Positions 13,745-26,925 of a stretch of DNA of 64,000 bases are shown here, piece by piece. Source of the DNA: Octopus vulgaris. Lineage: Eukaryota. The notes below the pieces were generated by a model. That model did not search any database. It saw only the letters and a list, made by a program, of their open reading frames with translations, and had not been told where the DNA came from. The stretch spans positions 71,114,001 to 71,178,000 of the forward strand of contig OX597818.1 of assembly GCA_951406725.2 (NCBI GenBank), read 5' to 3'. Numbering within the stretch: the stretch's first letter is position 1; every line of letters starts with the position of its first letter. The position numbers and the translations under genes were made by a program.

Positions 13745-15420
13745 ATGAATGAGGGAGTTTTGATGTTGCTACCCTCATCTATACTTCCTACCACAAAGTA
13801 GTTTCACCTGGAATTCTTGACAGAAGGAGATTATTTTGTTTTGATGACACCTACATCCACCCCATGTAGGTCTCTCAGGCTTTTTTGGAGGATATTGAAA
13901 AGCTGTGGGCCCTTGAAATCCAAGCTGTTGTAGTATCTGGTCCAGTATCCCAATAGTAGTATTAGGATATTTGGCACTATGCAGTAGCACTCCATTTTGC
14001 TGTTTGTGTAACTTTCAATGTTAAGGTTTGGCATATATCAATCCAGAATTTACCAGATGTATATCACTGCATATCTTTCTCATCTTCATTCTAGTGAGCA
14101 GTCCAAACTTTTTCAGCCTTTCCCAGTTATTGATATGTCGAATTGAGACAATCTTCTTTGTGTAGCTTTGCTGGATTGCTTCAAGTTCCACTGTTAATTT
14201 TACAGTGTGGTGACCATAGTTGTGAGTAGTAGTTTAAGTGGTTGAGGACAAATGTCCTCAAGAGGGCCATCAGGGTTTCCTGTTCTCTCATTCTGAAAGT
14301 TCTAAGGATCCATCTGGCCATCCACCTGCATTTTATTTCCAATTTACTAATATGCATCTGGAAAGATGCATCATTACTCATGTCAATGCCCAGGTCACAC
14401 ATTGATTTCGATCCAGCAATTAGTATCCCTGCTGGACGAATGTATCTTGTCTGCATTTCATTCAGCTTCATGTACTAGCAGCACAGGGTTTGGAATTTTC
14501 CGGCATTAAACTACATGTTATCATCCTCAGCTTACCTGTGTATTACGTCCAACTTCTGTTGCAGGAGCTCAACATTCCCAGGGTTTTGTATCATCTGCAC
14601 AATTAGCAAAGGTGAGCAGCTGAGGGCATGTCTGTGAGAGCCACTATGAATAGCAGTGACCCTAAGACAGTGCCCTGTGGAATATCACTCCCTGTGTTAC
14701 CTTAGAGGTGAATCCATTGGTCACTACTGCCTGACTTCTAATTCTTAAAAAGTTATGTAGCCACTCTCAAAGTTTTCTAAGCCAAGATCATGCAACTTAT
14801 GACATATCATACCATAGATGACTTTATCAAAGGCTTTTGCAAAGTCAGGATCAATGATATCCACATTTGACTTGTTGAGCAGCTTCTTTAACATCCTGTC
14901 ATAATGCTGTAAGAGGTGTGTCACGTACCTTCTACCTGGTTGAAAACCATGCTGGGTGTCAATCAGCAAATCATTTTCTTCAATGAATGCAATTAATTCC
15001 CTTCAGACAATTTGCTCGATGACTTTGCTGATGTGTGAGGTCAGAGAGAGAGAGAGAGACCTTATAGATTTTAGCAACTGCTCTGCTTTGTCCTTTATAG
15101 ACAGGGCAAATTATTCCCTCTTTCAATTTACCTGTGAGCTTACCACTTGCAAGGAAGCTCTGAAAAAGGAGCTGCAGTGGTTGTTCAAGGCTGCATTTAC
15201 ATGGTTTGAAGACTGTTGGGAATCCATTGGGGCCAGCAGCTGAGTTTGCATCTATTCAATCTGTGGCTGGCATTACATTTTCTTTGATGTCTATGTAATC
15301 AACTGTTACTGCCTTCCATTTTACATCTGTAGTGGTAGAGAACTTACAGGTTTGCTGACTTGCATAAGAATGGTGTGAAAACACCAAGTTCTTCATTCAC
15401 TCTTACACTTATCTTCATTC
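13745..15420 (-). mobile_element. Old, heavily mutated CR1-like LINE (RT plus C-terminal region)
   Basis: Fragments QHGFQPGR, DFAKAFDKV, DLGIDMSND, WILRTF, YSQLWSP and GPQLFNIL; collinear with copies at 35510-37030 and 62520-64000. Confidence 0.9.
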
Positions 15421-16396
15421 CAACAATCAGAGGAAGAGTGATTTAAAATTTTTTAATTTTGTAAAACAGTATTTTCCAGAGATTTGGCAGTTATTGCTAG
15501 CATGTAAAAGTGACTACATTGAGGCCTCCCCCCCTCACTTTATCTCCTAGTTTAACACATATCCATGTATGCCCAAATGAGTGGACAAGTTTAAAAACAT
15601 GCAGATCATTGATATAGGGTTTGAGTGGTGTGGGTATTCTGAAAGATGAGAGGGAGAGATAGCATTTCAGAAAATACTGAAATTTCAGAAAAAATCTTTT
15701 TGTTTACAGAATTGTAATTTTCTTTTTTCCCAATATAGAATATGAAAAGAAATGTTTTAAAAATTTGAAAAACAAAATACTGGTGTTGGGGGTAAATTAA
15801 AATTCTGCAAAGTTGTTATCTGGGCAAAGTCATAATCTCCATTGTTGAAAACAGAAATGTTTTCAAAAAATGTGAGGAGGTGGGTATTTGACATCCTCAG
15901 AATTAAACATCGATGATCTGTTTGCTTATTTCAATATAATGAATTTTTCATTACCAATTTTTTTTTCTTCATCAATTCCAATATAAAGGAATTTCATGTG
16001 TGTGGTGGTGATGGTGGTGGAGGGTATAAAGATATACTGAAAACGTTACTGCCTTTTTTTTTATACATTTGTATGGGGTAAAAATTAGTTGGAGCAACAC
16101 CTATAAAGTTTGAGCTTAAGCAAATAGGATTACCCTTTGTTACAACTAGTTCCCGGTCACATCTGAGGAGCTCCAATACATAAGAAACAACTCTATGCCA
16201 TAATTACTTAAAACTGTAACAGTAGATGAAACAGATGAGGAAACATTATCTTCTGCTACATAAACAAGCTGTTATAGTCTACAATGGTCAGTTGGGGAAA
16301 ATTCTCCTCCATTATGAAAAATATACATAATGGTCAAAACTTCAGTTTCTAACAGACATAGCTAAGTTCAAAAGAAACCAATTTGTCTCATAAATA

Positions 16397-16398
<2 letters not shown>

Positions 16399-16482
<84 letters not shown>
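16399..16482. repeat. (CT)n microsatellite
   Basis: Direct inspection. Confidence 0.97.
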
Positions 16483-16487
<5 letters not shown>

Positions 16488-17443
16488 ACACTAATATATT
16501 GTCTCTTATTCAATAATCATTAGCACCAGCCTGTATTATAACTACTTCAACATGTGTATTCAGTCAATTTTATTTGCCTAATTTTACCTTCCAGAAACCA
16601 CACACAATTATGTTCATAATTCTTATTCCCCTAAACCTACATTACTACTGAAATGCCTTCTCCTCTTTAAACTCAACATTACCATTTCCTGAACCAGGAT
16701 AGTGACAGTCGTCATCATCATCATCATCATTTTTCCCATGTTGCTTGCTGCTTCCAATAAGAAGGGATTAATAGTTTTAGTGGAACCTTTCCTCTATTCT
16801 AACACCACAATTTCATCCATAAGTGTCTTTAAATTAATTCACTTCTGAAAAGCACCTGGATCAGACTCTCAGCTTTTCTTGGCTGCCCATGAATTTTTCT
16901 TTTCTTTTATTGCAAACATTGACCCAAAATGTTCAACCTAGGTATCAGCCACAGTAATCTCCCCAATCTGTAGAGGGTTTCCAAAGGTCAGGTGCATTGC
17001 ACTTCTTCCCTTGACAAATTTATAAGACAAACAATTAAATACAGGCTACATTTATATACTATATTAATCTATTCAATTTTGAAAAGTAAAATATGAAATG
17101 TATCATATCAAAAATGACAATTTTCTACGTAGACTTTTCTCTCTCTGTTTTTTGTATTAATATTTTTGCAAATCCCACTTCACTTTAAATAGCATATTTT
17201 CTTGAGGAATACATTAACAATATCACAATCTGATGGCTATCAGCTTCTAAAATTTTAATGCTTCATAAATCTGTAAGAAACAAATGTAAGAAACACATCA
17301 ATAAAAAAACATTAACATTAAATGTAATCAGTTCATGTTGATTCTATTTAAGTTTGGTTTTTATAAATAGGAGGAACAGAACATAATACATAAAGCAGAG
17401 AATTTATATTTTTATTAACTAAGGTACAACATTAACTCCAAGC

Positions 17444-17444
<1 letters not shown>

Positions 17445-17484
<40 letters not shown>

Positions 17485-17519
17485 TGTGTCTGTGTGTGTC
17501 TGTATGCATGTGTGTGTGT
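17445..17519. repeat. (GT)n microsatellite, degenerate at its 3' end
   Basis: Direct inspection. Confidence 0.95.
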
Positions 17520-19105
17520 AAGTATTTGTTCCTTCAAAAAATATATACATTTTAAGTTTTGATTGCTTCAATAAATAGCCAGATATGTCGCTTGGGACAT
17601 CTATTTACACAGGGAGATAAGTCTATATATCTTATGGTACGAGCACTTGAGATAGAGAGTCAGAAGTCTAGAATTCTTCTCAACTGTTTTTGATTACACT
17701 TTGAGCAAAACATTAATTCTATGCCAGCTTAGAAAACAGATGCTAAATGATGATGGTGATGATTTGGATGGATTTTTTTCAATTTTCCAAGTGTTTCTTA
17801 CAATTTTACAATAAGGATAGATAGCATTATCTTGCTAATTTTGAATATTCCAATGTTTCAGTCAAATGTATTTATACAACAGTTTGGTCTCTATAAATAG
17901 CAATTCCTTTTTGCCAAGGTACAGAGCCAATGAAGTAAGAGTCGTTCAATTGATACCTACTTATGTGAAGTAATGTGAGTGGACGAGACACATTTCTTGC
18001 TCATACATGTTCTCTTTAAATATATGGAGAATGTTTTACTTGATCTCTACATAGAATACATAGAATACATAGAATACATCTTCCAGGATGTTGGTGGGCA
18101 ATAGGAATCAGACTTTCTAGAAATGTCTTCTATGATATGTTTCCATTCCCTCCTTGTCAAAATTTATATTTCATTTGTTTCAAATTATAAAAACAGAACT
18201 TTCACAGAATTATTAGGATAATGATGTAAAATTCTTGCTTCAACTTACCTACTTTGTTAGCTTTGGGAATGATATCTAGCTGTAAAGTATTTTTATTTTA
18301 GACATTTAAATATCCAAAGTCCCAACCATGCAGCATGCCTAACTCAGGCAAACATGGTAAAACAAATGTAAAATAGAAAATGATAGTGACAGCACCATTT
18401 AAGCAAATGTGATTTATCTTGTAAAGATAACTGTAAAATACTTCTAAAATACATGCCACAGATGACATACATGTCATTCCCATTTATGCAATCTGTAATG
18501 TTCATCTTATAAATCTGAGGTAAGAAATCAAATGAAACTAACTATCTTTATTATATGTTCCATGTATGTACAGTCTCTCACTTTCACACAATATGTCATC
18601 TTCCATACATACCACTTTAATAGCTTACAATTATGGAATACCTCACTTTTATGCCAGATTTCACCTTTGTGAATATCTCACCTTTGCACAATATGCCATT
18701 TAATAGCACTGTTTCACCTTATACATTGTGTTGGCATCAAATCTTATCTCAACTTTTATACAATATTTCATTTTCATACAAAATCACAATATCTTACACT
18801 TACATAGCATATTATGTCAATACACAAAGCTTTTCATGTAAGATAATTTTATATTATGAAAGAGTTTTTAATTTGTATGAAAAATATTGCTAAGATTTCC
18901 AGTATAAATATATTAGACATTATAAGCACCAATTTGAAACAAAAATGAGAAGCATTCTATGAGCTTCTTTTCTCTGTTTCTCTCTCAAATTAGTGCATGC
19001 AATGTTTAATATTATTTAATTTTATAGTTTCCTTCTTATTTTTATATTGAATCAGAGTGTAAAATTTATGCATTATATTTTATGCCATAAAAGACTGAAT
19101 AAATT

Positions 19106-19309
19106 AAGACGGTGAGCTGGCAGAAACGTTAGCACACCGGCGGTTTTCCATCTGCTATTACGTTCTGAGTTCAAATTCTGCTGAGGTCGACTTTGCCTTT
19201 CATCCTTTCAGGGTCGATAAATTAAGTACCAGTTACGCACTGGGGTCAATGTAATCGAATTAATCCCTCTGTCTGTCCTTGTTTAGCCCCTTGTGGGCAG
19301 TAAAGAAAT
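19106..19309 (+). mobile_element. tRNA-derived SINE (family B) with 15-bp target-site duplication
   Basis: A-box-like tggcagaaacgttag and B-box-like gagttcaaattc, A-rich tail, and identical flanks AAGACTGAATAAATT at 19091-19105 and 19310-19324. Confidence 0.85.
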
Positions 19310-19736
19310 AAGACTGAATAAATTTCCAATATTAGAATACCATTTATATATAAGTGTGCCATTTACTTCAATAAATTTCGATACTCCTTTGATATGGAGG
19401 ATCGAAATTTTAATCCTTTTCACACTTATAAAATGTCAAGCAAACTTTAAAATTTGTCATTACTGTTTTAGCCAGGAAATCAAACTGATAGTTTGGTAAC
19501 CTGCTAAAATAAACATTAAAAATTGAAAGCTTTGCAAGTTTAAATCAGTGTTTATTGAACAAGAGAGGGGAAAAAGTTAAGAAGTGACTTGTTAGACTAT
19601 ACACGTCTGTGAGGAGACATAAACAAGAATAACAAAAATCTATTATACCAAAAGAACTCGTAATATATACATTACAAGTGTTCTATGAAGAGAGCATAAG
19701 ATTGCTGCATAATTCAACATGAATGTTGACATTAAA

Positions 19737-22700
19737 CATCATCATCATCATCATCATCGTTTAACGTCCGTTTTTCATGCTAGCATGGGTCAGATGATTT
19801 GACTGAGGACTGGCGAAGCAGATGGCTGCACCAGGCTCCAATCTGATCTGGCAGAGTTTCTACAGCTGGATGCCCTTCCTAACGTCAACCACTCCGAGTG
19901 TGTAGTGGGTGCTTTTACATTCCACCGGCTTGAGGGCCAGTCAGGCGGTACTGGCAATGGCCACACTCAAATGGTGTTTTTTACGTGCCACTTGCACAGG
20001 AGCTAGTCCAGTGGCACTGGCAATGACCTCGCTTGAATATTTTTTCTTGTGCCACCAGCATAAGTGCCAGTAAGGCAACACTTGTAGCAATCATGCTCAA
20101 ATGGTGCTTTTTTTGTGCCCCTGGCATGGAAGCCAGTCAGCTGCTCTGGCAGCAATCACACTCAGATGGTGCTCAGTGGTCCACTAGCATGGATGCCAGC
20201 CATTGAATTTGATTTCGATTTCCATTTCACTTGCCTCAACAGGTCTTCGCAAGCAGAGTTTAGTGTCCAATGAAGGAAAGGTACGCACAAGTGGGCTGGT
20301 TACACCCCTGGCATAGGCCACGAGGTTATGGTCTCACTTGGCTTGCCAGGTCTTCTCAAGCACAGCATATTTCCAAAAGTGTCGGTCACTAGTCATTGCC
20401 TCGGTGAGGCTTAATGTTTGAAGGTTGTGCTTCACCACCTCATCCCAGGTAGTCCCGGAACTACCTCTTCCACAGGTTCCCTCAACCACTAGAGTGCAGC
20501 ACTTTTTCACACAGTTATCCTCATCCATTCATGCCACATGACCATACCAGCACAGTTGTCTCTCTTGCACACCACATCTGATGCTTCTTAGGTCTAACTT
20601 TTCTCTCAGGGCGCTTACACTCTGTCATGCATGAACACTGACATTACACATCCAGTGGAGAATACTGGCTCCATTCCTTGCAAGCTTACGCATGTCCTCA
20701 CCAGTCACAGCCCATGTTTCACTGCCATGTAGCATGGCTGTTCATACACATGTGTCATACAGTCTACCTTTTACTCTGAGCGAGAGGCCTTTTGTAACCA
20801 GCGGATGTAAGAGCTCTTTAAACTTTCGCCAAGCTATTCTTATTCTAGCAGCTACACTTTCAGTGCACCCTCCCCCACTACTGAATTGGTCACCTGGGTA
20901 ATGGAAGCTATCAACTACTTCCAGTTTTTCTCCCTCAAATGTGACAGAAGCACATTTTCAGTGTTTATTGCCCCAGAGCATCTGCCACATACAAAAACTA
21001 TCTTCCCAGTTAGCCTCCCTTTGATATTACTGCACCTCTTATGTCTCCATAGCTTACACTGGGTACATCTTATAGAGTTTCTACCTATGCCTTTTCTACA
21101 GATCGAGCAGGGCCATCTACCTGAAGGGATTTCTGGTTTGTCTGCCTTCCAACTTATCAGGACTTTGGTTTTAGCTCGGTTGACTCTAAGGCTCTTCGAT
21201 TCTAATCCTTGCTTCCACACCTGAAACTTCTCTTCTAGTTCTGATAGTGACTCAGCAATTAGAGCAAGGTCGTCAGCATAGAGGAGCTCCCACGGGCATC
21301 CTGTCTTGAATTCCTCTGTTATTGCCTGGAGGACTATGATAAATAGGAGGGGGCTGAGGACTGAACCTTGGTGGACCCCTACCTCTACTTTGAATTCTTT
21401 AGTGTACTCGTTGCCAACCCTCACCTTACTTACAGCGTCTCTGTACATGGCTTGCACGGCTCTCACTAACCATTCATTTATCCTTAGTTTCCTCATTGAC
21501 CACCAAATAAGGGATCAGGGGACCCTGTCAAAGGCTTTCTCCATGTCAACGAAAGCCAGGTACAGAGGTTTATCTTTGGCTAGATATTTCTCCTGCAGCT
21601 GTCTTACCAGAAATATAGCATTGGTGGTGCTTTTTCCCTGGCACGAACCTAAACTGCATCTCATCTAAACTGACTCTCTCCCTAATTGGTTGGGCTATGA
21701 CCCTCTCCGTAACCTTCATCACCTGATCCAACAGCTTGATACCTCTGTAATTATTTGTATCTAAAGCATCACCTTTACCTTTGTAGCAGTTGACTATTGT
21801 GCTGCTACACCAGTCATTGGGTATGACTCCTTTGTGTATCACCTGGTTAAATATATGGGTGACTAGGCTATAGCCAACACTGCCAGATATTTTGAGCATC
21901 TCTGCGGTGATTCCTGATGGGCCGCGGGCTTTCCCTGTCCTCATACTCTTAATTGCTTTATCTACCAAGGTACTGCCAATTTGGATGGCTGGTCCCTCTG
22001 TCGGGTCGACATTTGGCAGACTCTCTTTCTCCCATTTATTCTCTTTATTGAGCAATCTTTCATAGAGGCGTTTCCAAACATCTCTCTTTGCAGCCTCGTT
22101 TAGTGCAAATGAACCACCATCTATGCGGACACATTTCTCTCCTACCACATCACAATTCTCTCTCACATACTGTCTTGCAACACGAAATACCTCAAGTCTT
22201 TGGTCCTCACAGTGCAGAACATTGGCAAATATTTTCTTATCTGCTTCCCCTCTGGCTAAACGAACCTCTCTCCTAGCTTCCCTTCTGGCAGTCTGATATA
22301 GCTCTCTGCTACCACCGTTCTTCCAGTCCTCCCAAGCCTCTTTCTTTTCTTTAGTAGCCCTGTCAACAACATTGTTCCACCACCACGTTATTTTGGGTCG
22401 ATAGGGGACTTAGCACCATCCACAGTTCTGGTCAGTGGCCCTCAGCAGGTTGTCCCATAGAAACTTCTAGTTGTCTTCTACATTGTGTGAAGCTATATCC
22501 CCTTCTATTTTGTCAAAAAGCTTTGAGTAATATGTCTCTAAATCTCTGTCCATTCGTAGGATCTTTAAGCTTCCAGACCCTTCTCCTCCATTCTGGTCGT
22601 CTTCTAGGCATCCATTTAGCCCTGATCCTGAAATTGCTAACTACCAGTCTTTGTTGTGGGGTACATTCTTCACCTGGGAAGGTTTTGGCATTTATAAGCA

Positions 22701-23032
22701 GCCATCTTCACCTTTTTCTGGTGAGGATGTAGTCAATCTGACTAGTGTGTCTGCCCGAGCGGTAGGTGACTAGGTGACTGGCAGGTTTCCTGAAGTTAGT
22801 ATTGCAAACCATAAGATCATTTGCATCGCACAACTCCAGCAGCCTGGTACCCTCCTCATTGTACGCCATGGAAGCCCCCTGTCCAACATGTCCATTGAAA
22901 TCACCAGCCTCAAAGAGAAGGTCCCTGTCATTCATCAATGAGGTAGTCTGCAAAAAGGTGTCATAAAATCAGTCTTTCTGTCCATCATGTAGCCCCGGCT
23001 GATGGGCATAGTCCGAGATAATGGTTGCTAAC
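19737..23032 (-). mobile_element. RTE-clade LINE, 5'-truncated within the APE endonuclease; ORF2 broken by stops and frameshifts; (ATG)n tail
   Basis: APE motifs GDFNGHVG and SQIDYIL; RT motifs YKGKGDALD..NYRGIKLL, MEKAFDRVP, GVHQGSVLSPLLF and YADD; C-terminal WYGHV-like region; (CAT)n at 19737-19758 on the + strand. Confidence 0.95.
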
Positions 23033-23407
23033 CCATAAGGTAAATGTAGATTTCTGTAAGAATGCTATGTCATATTCACTTAGTGAGTTACATGTGCAAG
23101 GATGAATTATAATGTTGTCATTGACATTAGATGCAGTAAAATATGGCCCGGACCAATATTACCAGCATGAGTGTCAACTTCAAAAAGTAGTTAACCATTT
23201 AATGGTCTTAGGAAATTTATACAGAAAACCATCCAGCATAAATAAAAGCCAACTTCATTATAAATGAGTCGACCTCTAGTACAAATGTTTACATTTGTAT
23301 CTCATTTTCAGCCAAAAATTTTCTAAAAAATTCTGAAAATGATCTACTCATGTAATTTATGCAACCACTAAAGTTGATTTTTGTTTTTGCGAAAACAGTG
23401 CATAAAT

Positions 23408-23449
<42 letters not shown>

Positions 23450-24169
23450 TGCAAGTATATCAATCTATCCATCTATCTATCTGTCTCTTTATACGCGTAA
23501 CTATATGCATACCTGCTGAAAAGAAAAATTGAAAATGTCTGTATTTGTGTATGAGTGTTTATGTGTGGGGGGTGAGTTCTGCCAGAGAGGGTGGGGTGAA
23601 TTTTGAAAAATTTAAAATCTGAGAGAAAGGGAAGTTCAGGTGGGAAGTTTTAAGTTTGGAAAAGGTGATTTTTAAAAAAATTTTGGAAAAAGTTCTTGGA
23701 TTTTAAATTGTGAGTGCGGGGAGTGGGGTGGAATAGGAGAGGGGTGAAATAAAAAATTTTTTTGCATATTCATAATCTCCAACATCTAAACGCAGGAATC
23801 CGAAAAAATATTTTCAAAAAAATGCATTTTTCAAGGAGAGGTGCAAAACTACATTAGCCCCACATTTTTTATATATGTGCGTGTGTATGTGTTGTCATCG
23901 TTATTATTATTATTTAATCCGAAGCACCTTGACACCACTCATTATGTTCAAGGCCTTATATTACCAGTTTCATTTGCTACTAAAACCACACCCTGTCACC
24001 AGGTATATTTCCTCTGTATCCTCTCCCACAAACTCTTGACCTATTCAATCAGTATCACTTTATCCAGTTTCCTTGGATACAATTTTCTTTCAATACTGTT
24101 TCCTCCTGCAGCTTCTTATTTCTCACTATCTCACTTTATACATCTTTCTCTTCTTTTTTCTCTCCCCCA

Positions 24170-24206
<37 letters not shown>

Positions 24207-24299
24207 CTCCTATCCTTCTTCTTTTTCACCCTCTATATAGATATCTCTCCACCTACATTAGGAGCTGATATACATTTTAAAGAAGGTTGTTGTGTAAGA

Positions 24300-24772
24300 C
24301 TGGAATAATGCAAGAAGGTACAAAAAAAAAACTACAAAAGGGAAGAAAACAGAAGAAATCTGCAGTTTTACTTTGTGTTTCTATATTTTGGGTTGTAGAC
24401 CTCTTCTTCAGGACATTTGGAAAAAGTAGTTGTTAGAAAAGGTCGTTGCTCAGATGGAGTGGGTGCAGGGGAGGAAGGATGAAGGTGACATGCACAGACT
24501 GGTGTTGCTATAGCAACCAGTCCGCTTTATGTAGTTCCTTCCTGTTGCTCATGGATGATCTAAATTTATTTATAAGGAGAGCTTCAATAATTCTGAGATT
24601 GTCCCTATTGCCTTGGGTTACCTTGATGGAAACTTTGAAATTTTGGGTTTGGCGTTTCCTAAGGTGTTTCTTTATTGAAGTGTCCATGTACATATGCTCC
24701 TTTATTTGGGGGTACAGTTTCCTAGAAGTGCTCCCTATGCAGGATGCTCCGCATTTACTGCAGACTACATCG
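24300..24772 (-). mobile_element. Penelope-like element remnant (C-terminal GIY-YIG endonuclease plus 3' region)
   Basis: Minus-strand DVVCSKCGASCIGSTSRKLYPQIKEH...IKKH...LRIIEALLINKFRSSMSNRKE matches the Penelope CxxC..YIGxTxRxLxxRxxEH...ExxxI pattern. Confidence 0.75.
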
Positions 24773-25145
24773 TGTGTGTGCTTATGTGTATGTGTGTGTG
24801 TATTATATTATTTATAGATAGATATTATATTACTTCATATATAGATATCACATTATATATAGATATTATATTACATTATATATATACATATATATATATA
24901 TATCATCATCATTTGATATCTGTTTGCCATGCTGGTAAGGATTGGATGGCTTGCCCATAGCTGGCCAGCTGGAGAGCTGCCTGGGCTCCATTTGTGTTAT
25001 ATATATATATATATATCACATGCCATGATTGCAATTTCACCCATATACCAAGGACAAAATTATCAATTGATAAAAGCAACTGCAACAATACCATCACCAA
25101 AATCAAAATTATTGGAAAACAGAAAATAACCCTCCCCAAATATAA

Positions 25146-25915
25146 CATCATCATCATCAACGTCCATTTTCCATGCTAGCATGGGTTGGACAGTTCGACC
25201 GGGGTCTGGGAAGCCAGGAGGCTGCACCCAGCCCCAATCTGATCTGGCAGTGTTTCTACAGCTGGATGCCCTTCCTAATGCCAACCACTCCGAGAGTGTA
25301 GTGGGAGCTTTTATATTGCCACCGGCACAGGGGCCAGAGGATCTGGCATCGACCATGACTGGATGGTGCTTTTTACGTGCCACCAGCACGGAAACCAGTC
25401 AAGGCGGCACTGGCATCGGCCACATTTGGATGGTGCTTTTTACTTTCCACTGGCACAGGGGTTACAACTACAATTTCCATTTGATTGTAATTTGATTTGA
25501 TGTTGATGTACTTGACTCAATAGGTCTCCCCAAGCATGGCATGTTGCCCTACGATCCAAGGTACTTTTGAGTGGGCTGGTTATGTGACACTGGTGTGGTT
25601 ATAGCTGTGAACTCACTTTATTTGACAGGTCTTCTCAGTCACAGCATACCTCCAGAGGTCTCAGTTTTTTGTCATATCCTCTGTGAGGCCCAACTTTTGA
25701 AGGTCATGCTTCACCACCTCATCCCATGTCTTCCTGGGTCTCCCTCTATCCTGGATTCCTTCGACTGTTTGGGAGTGGCATTTCTTCACACAGCTCTCCT
25801 CATCCATCCGCAGTACATGACCATATCAATGCAAACGTCTCTCTTGCACGCCACATCCAATGCTTCTTATGTCTAACATTTCTCTCAGGGTGCTTATAAT
25901 ATGTCATGTGTGCAC
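25146..25915 (-). mobile_element. RTE LINE 3' fragment
   Basis: (CAT)n tail plus aacgtccattttccatgctagcatgggttgg; collinear with 19737-20640. A short related 3' stub lies at 24903-24995. Confidence 0.9.
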
Positions 25916-26744
25916 AGCAAAATTAATTTGTAACCCTAAAATCTGCCACTATTCAGCAGAAGATTGTATGTTTACGCATTTCCCTGAGTCTTATTGTAGC
26001 ATCAAAAACAACACTGCTTACTCATTTATTGCCAACAAGTGTAACCTTTTGTGAATGATGGAGAAATTAAAAAATGAGGAGAATGCAGGTGATTGGGCAG
26101 AGATGATTTAAAGAAGCATTCGAATGCTAAACTGCATACAGCTTTACTGTTATCTATGACTACCATAATCTAGTTTATCCTTCTTCTATAATGTTAGGGT
26201 GTTATTTGGGAGCAGATTTGGCTGCCTTTCCAGCAGTTGGATCATTACAGTTTGTCTGGTTTATTTTTCATAATTTAACATTCAGTTTAAGCCCTACGTT
26301 GTTTTTTTTCGATAATTTTTCTCCTTACATGCCTGTTCCAACATTTAACATGAATTGATTCCTTAAAACTCATTAAAACTCCAATCATTGAATGTTTTGT
26401 CATAAGGTTTACAGCAGTCATTGTAATGTTGTAATCACACACAAAGTGCCAGCTTCTAAATCCTGTTTTCTGATTGAGTAAAAATGATCAAACATTAACC
26501 CTCTAACATTTTCCTAAACTTCTCTGAAACAATTCAATAACAACATCAGATTCACCATGAAAAATTACATCAATATACCAAATTTGAAAATTTTCACTTG
26601 AAAATTTGATGTTAAATGAAAACTGGTCAAAAATACGATAAGGTGTGAGAACACTGCAAAACTGATTGATGTTTAGTAACTTTGGTGTGACAATGATGCT
26701 TGTTTAGAACTATTGCATGATATCATGACAAGAAAGCACACTCA

Positions 26745-26910
26745 TGTATATGTTGGGCTTCTTTCAGTTTCCAACCCAATTCACTGACAAGGGTTTAGTC
26801 AGCCCGGGTTTATAGAAGCAGATACACATGATTCCATGCAGTAAGGCTGAACTGGAAACCATGTGGCTGTGAAGCAAATGTCTTAACCACACAGCCATGC
26901 TTATGCCCAG
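26745..26910 (-). mobile_element. tRNA-type SINE (family A)
   Basis: Reverse complement of the 49360-49525 element (gggcttctttcagtttcc...ggaaaccatgtggctgtgaagcaaa..cttaaccacacagccatgc). Confidence 0.7.
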
Positions 26911-26925
26911 ACACACAAATATATA

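Noticed and set aside
23841-24308. 155-aa hydrophobic ORF
   Set aside because: Low-complexity CT-rich sequence including a (CT)n tract, a non-ATG start and no domain.
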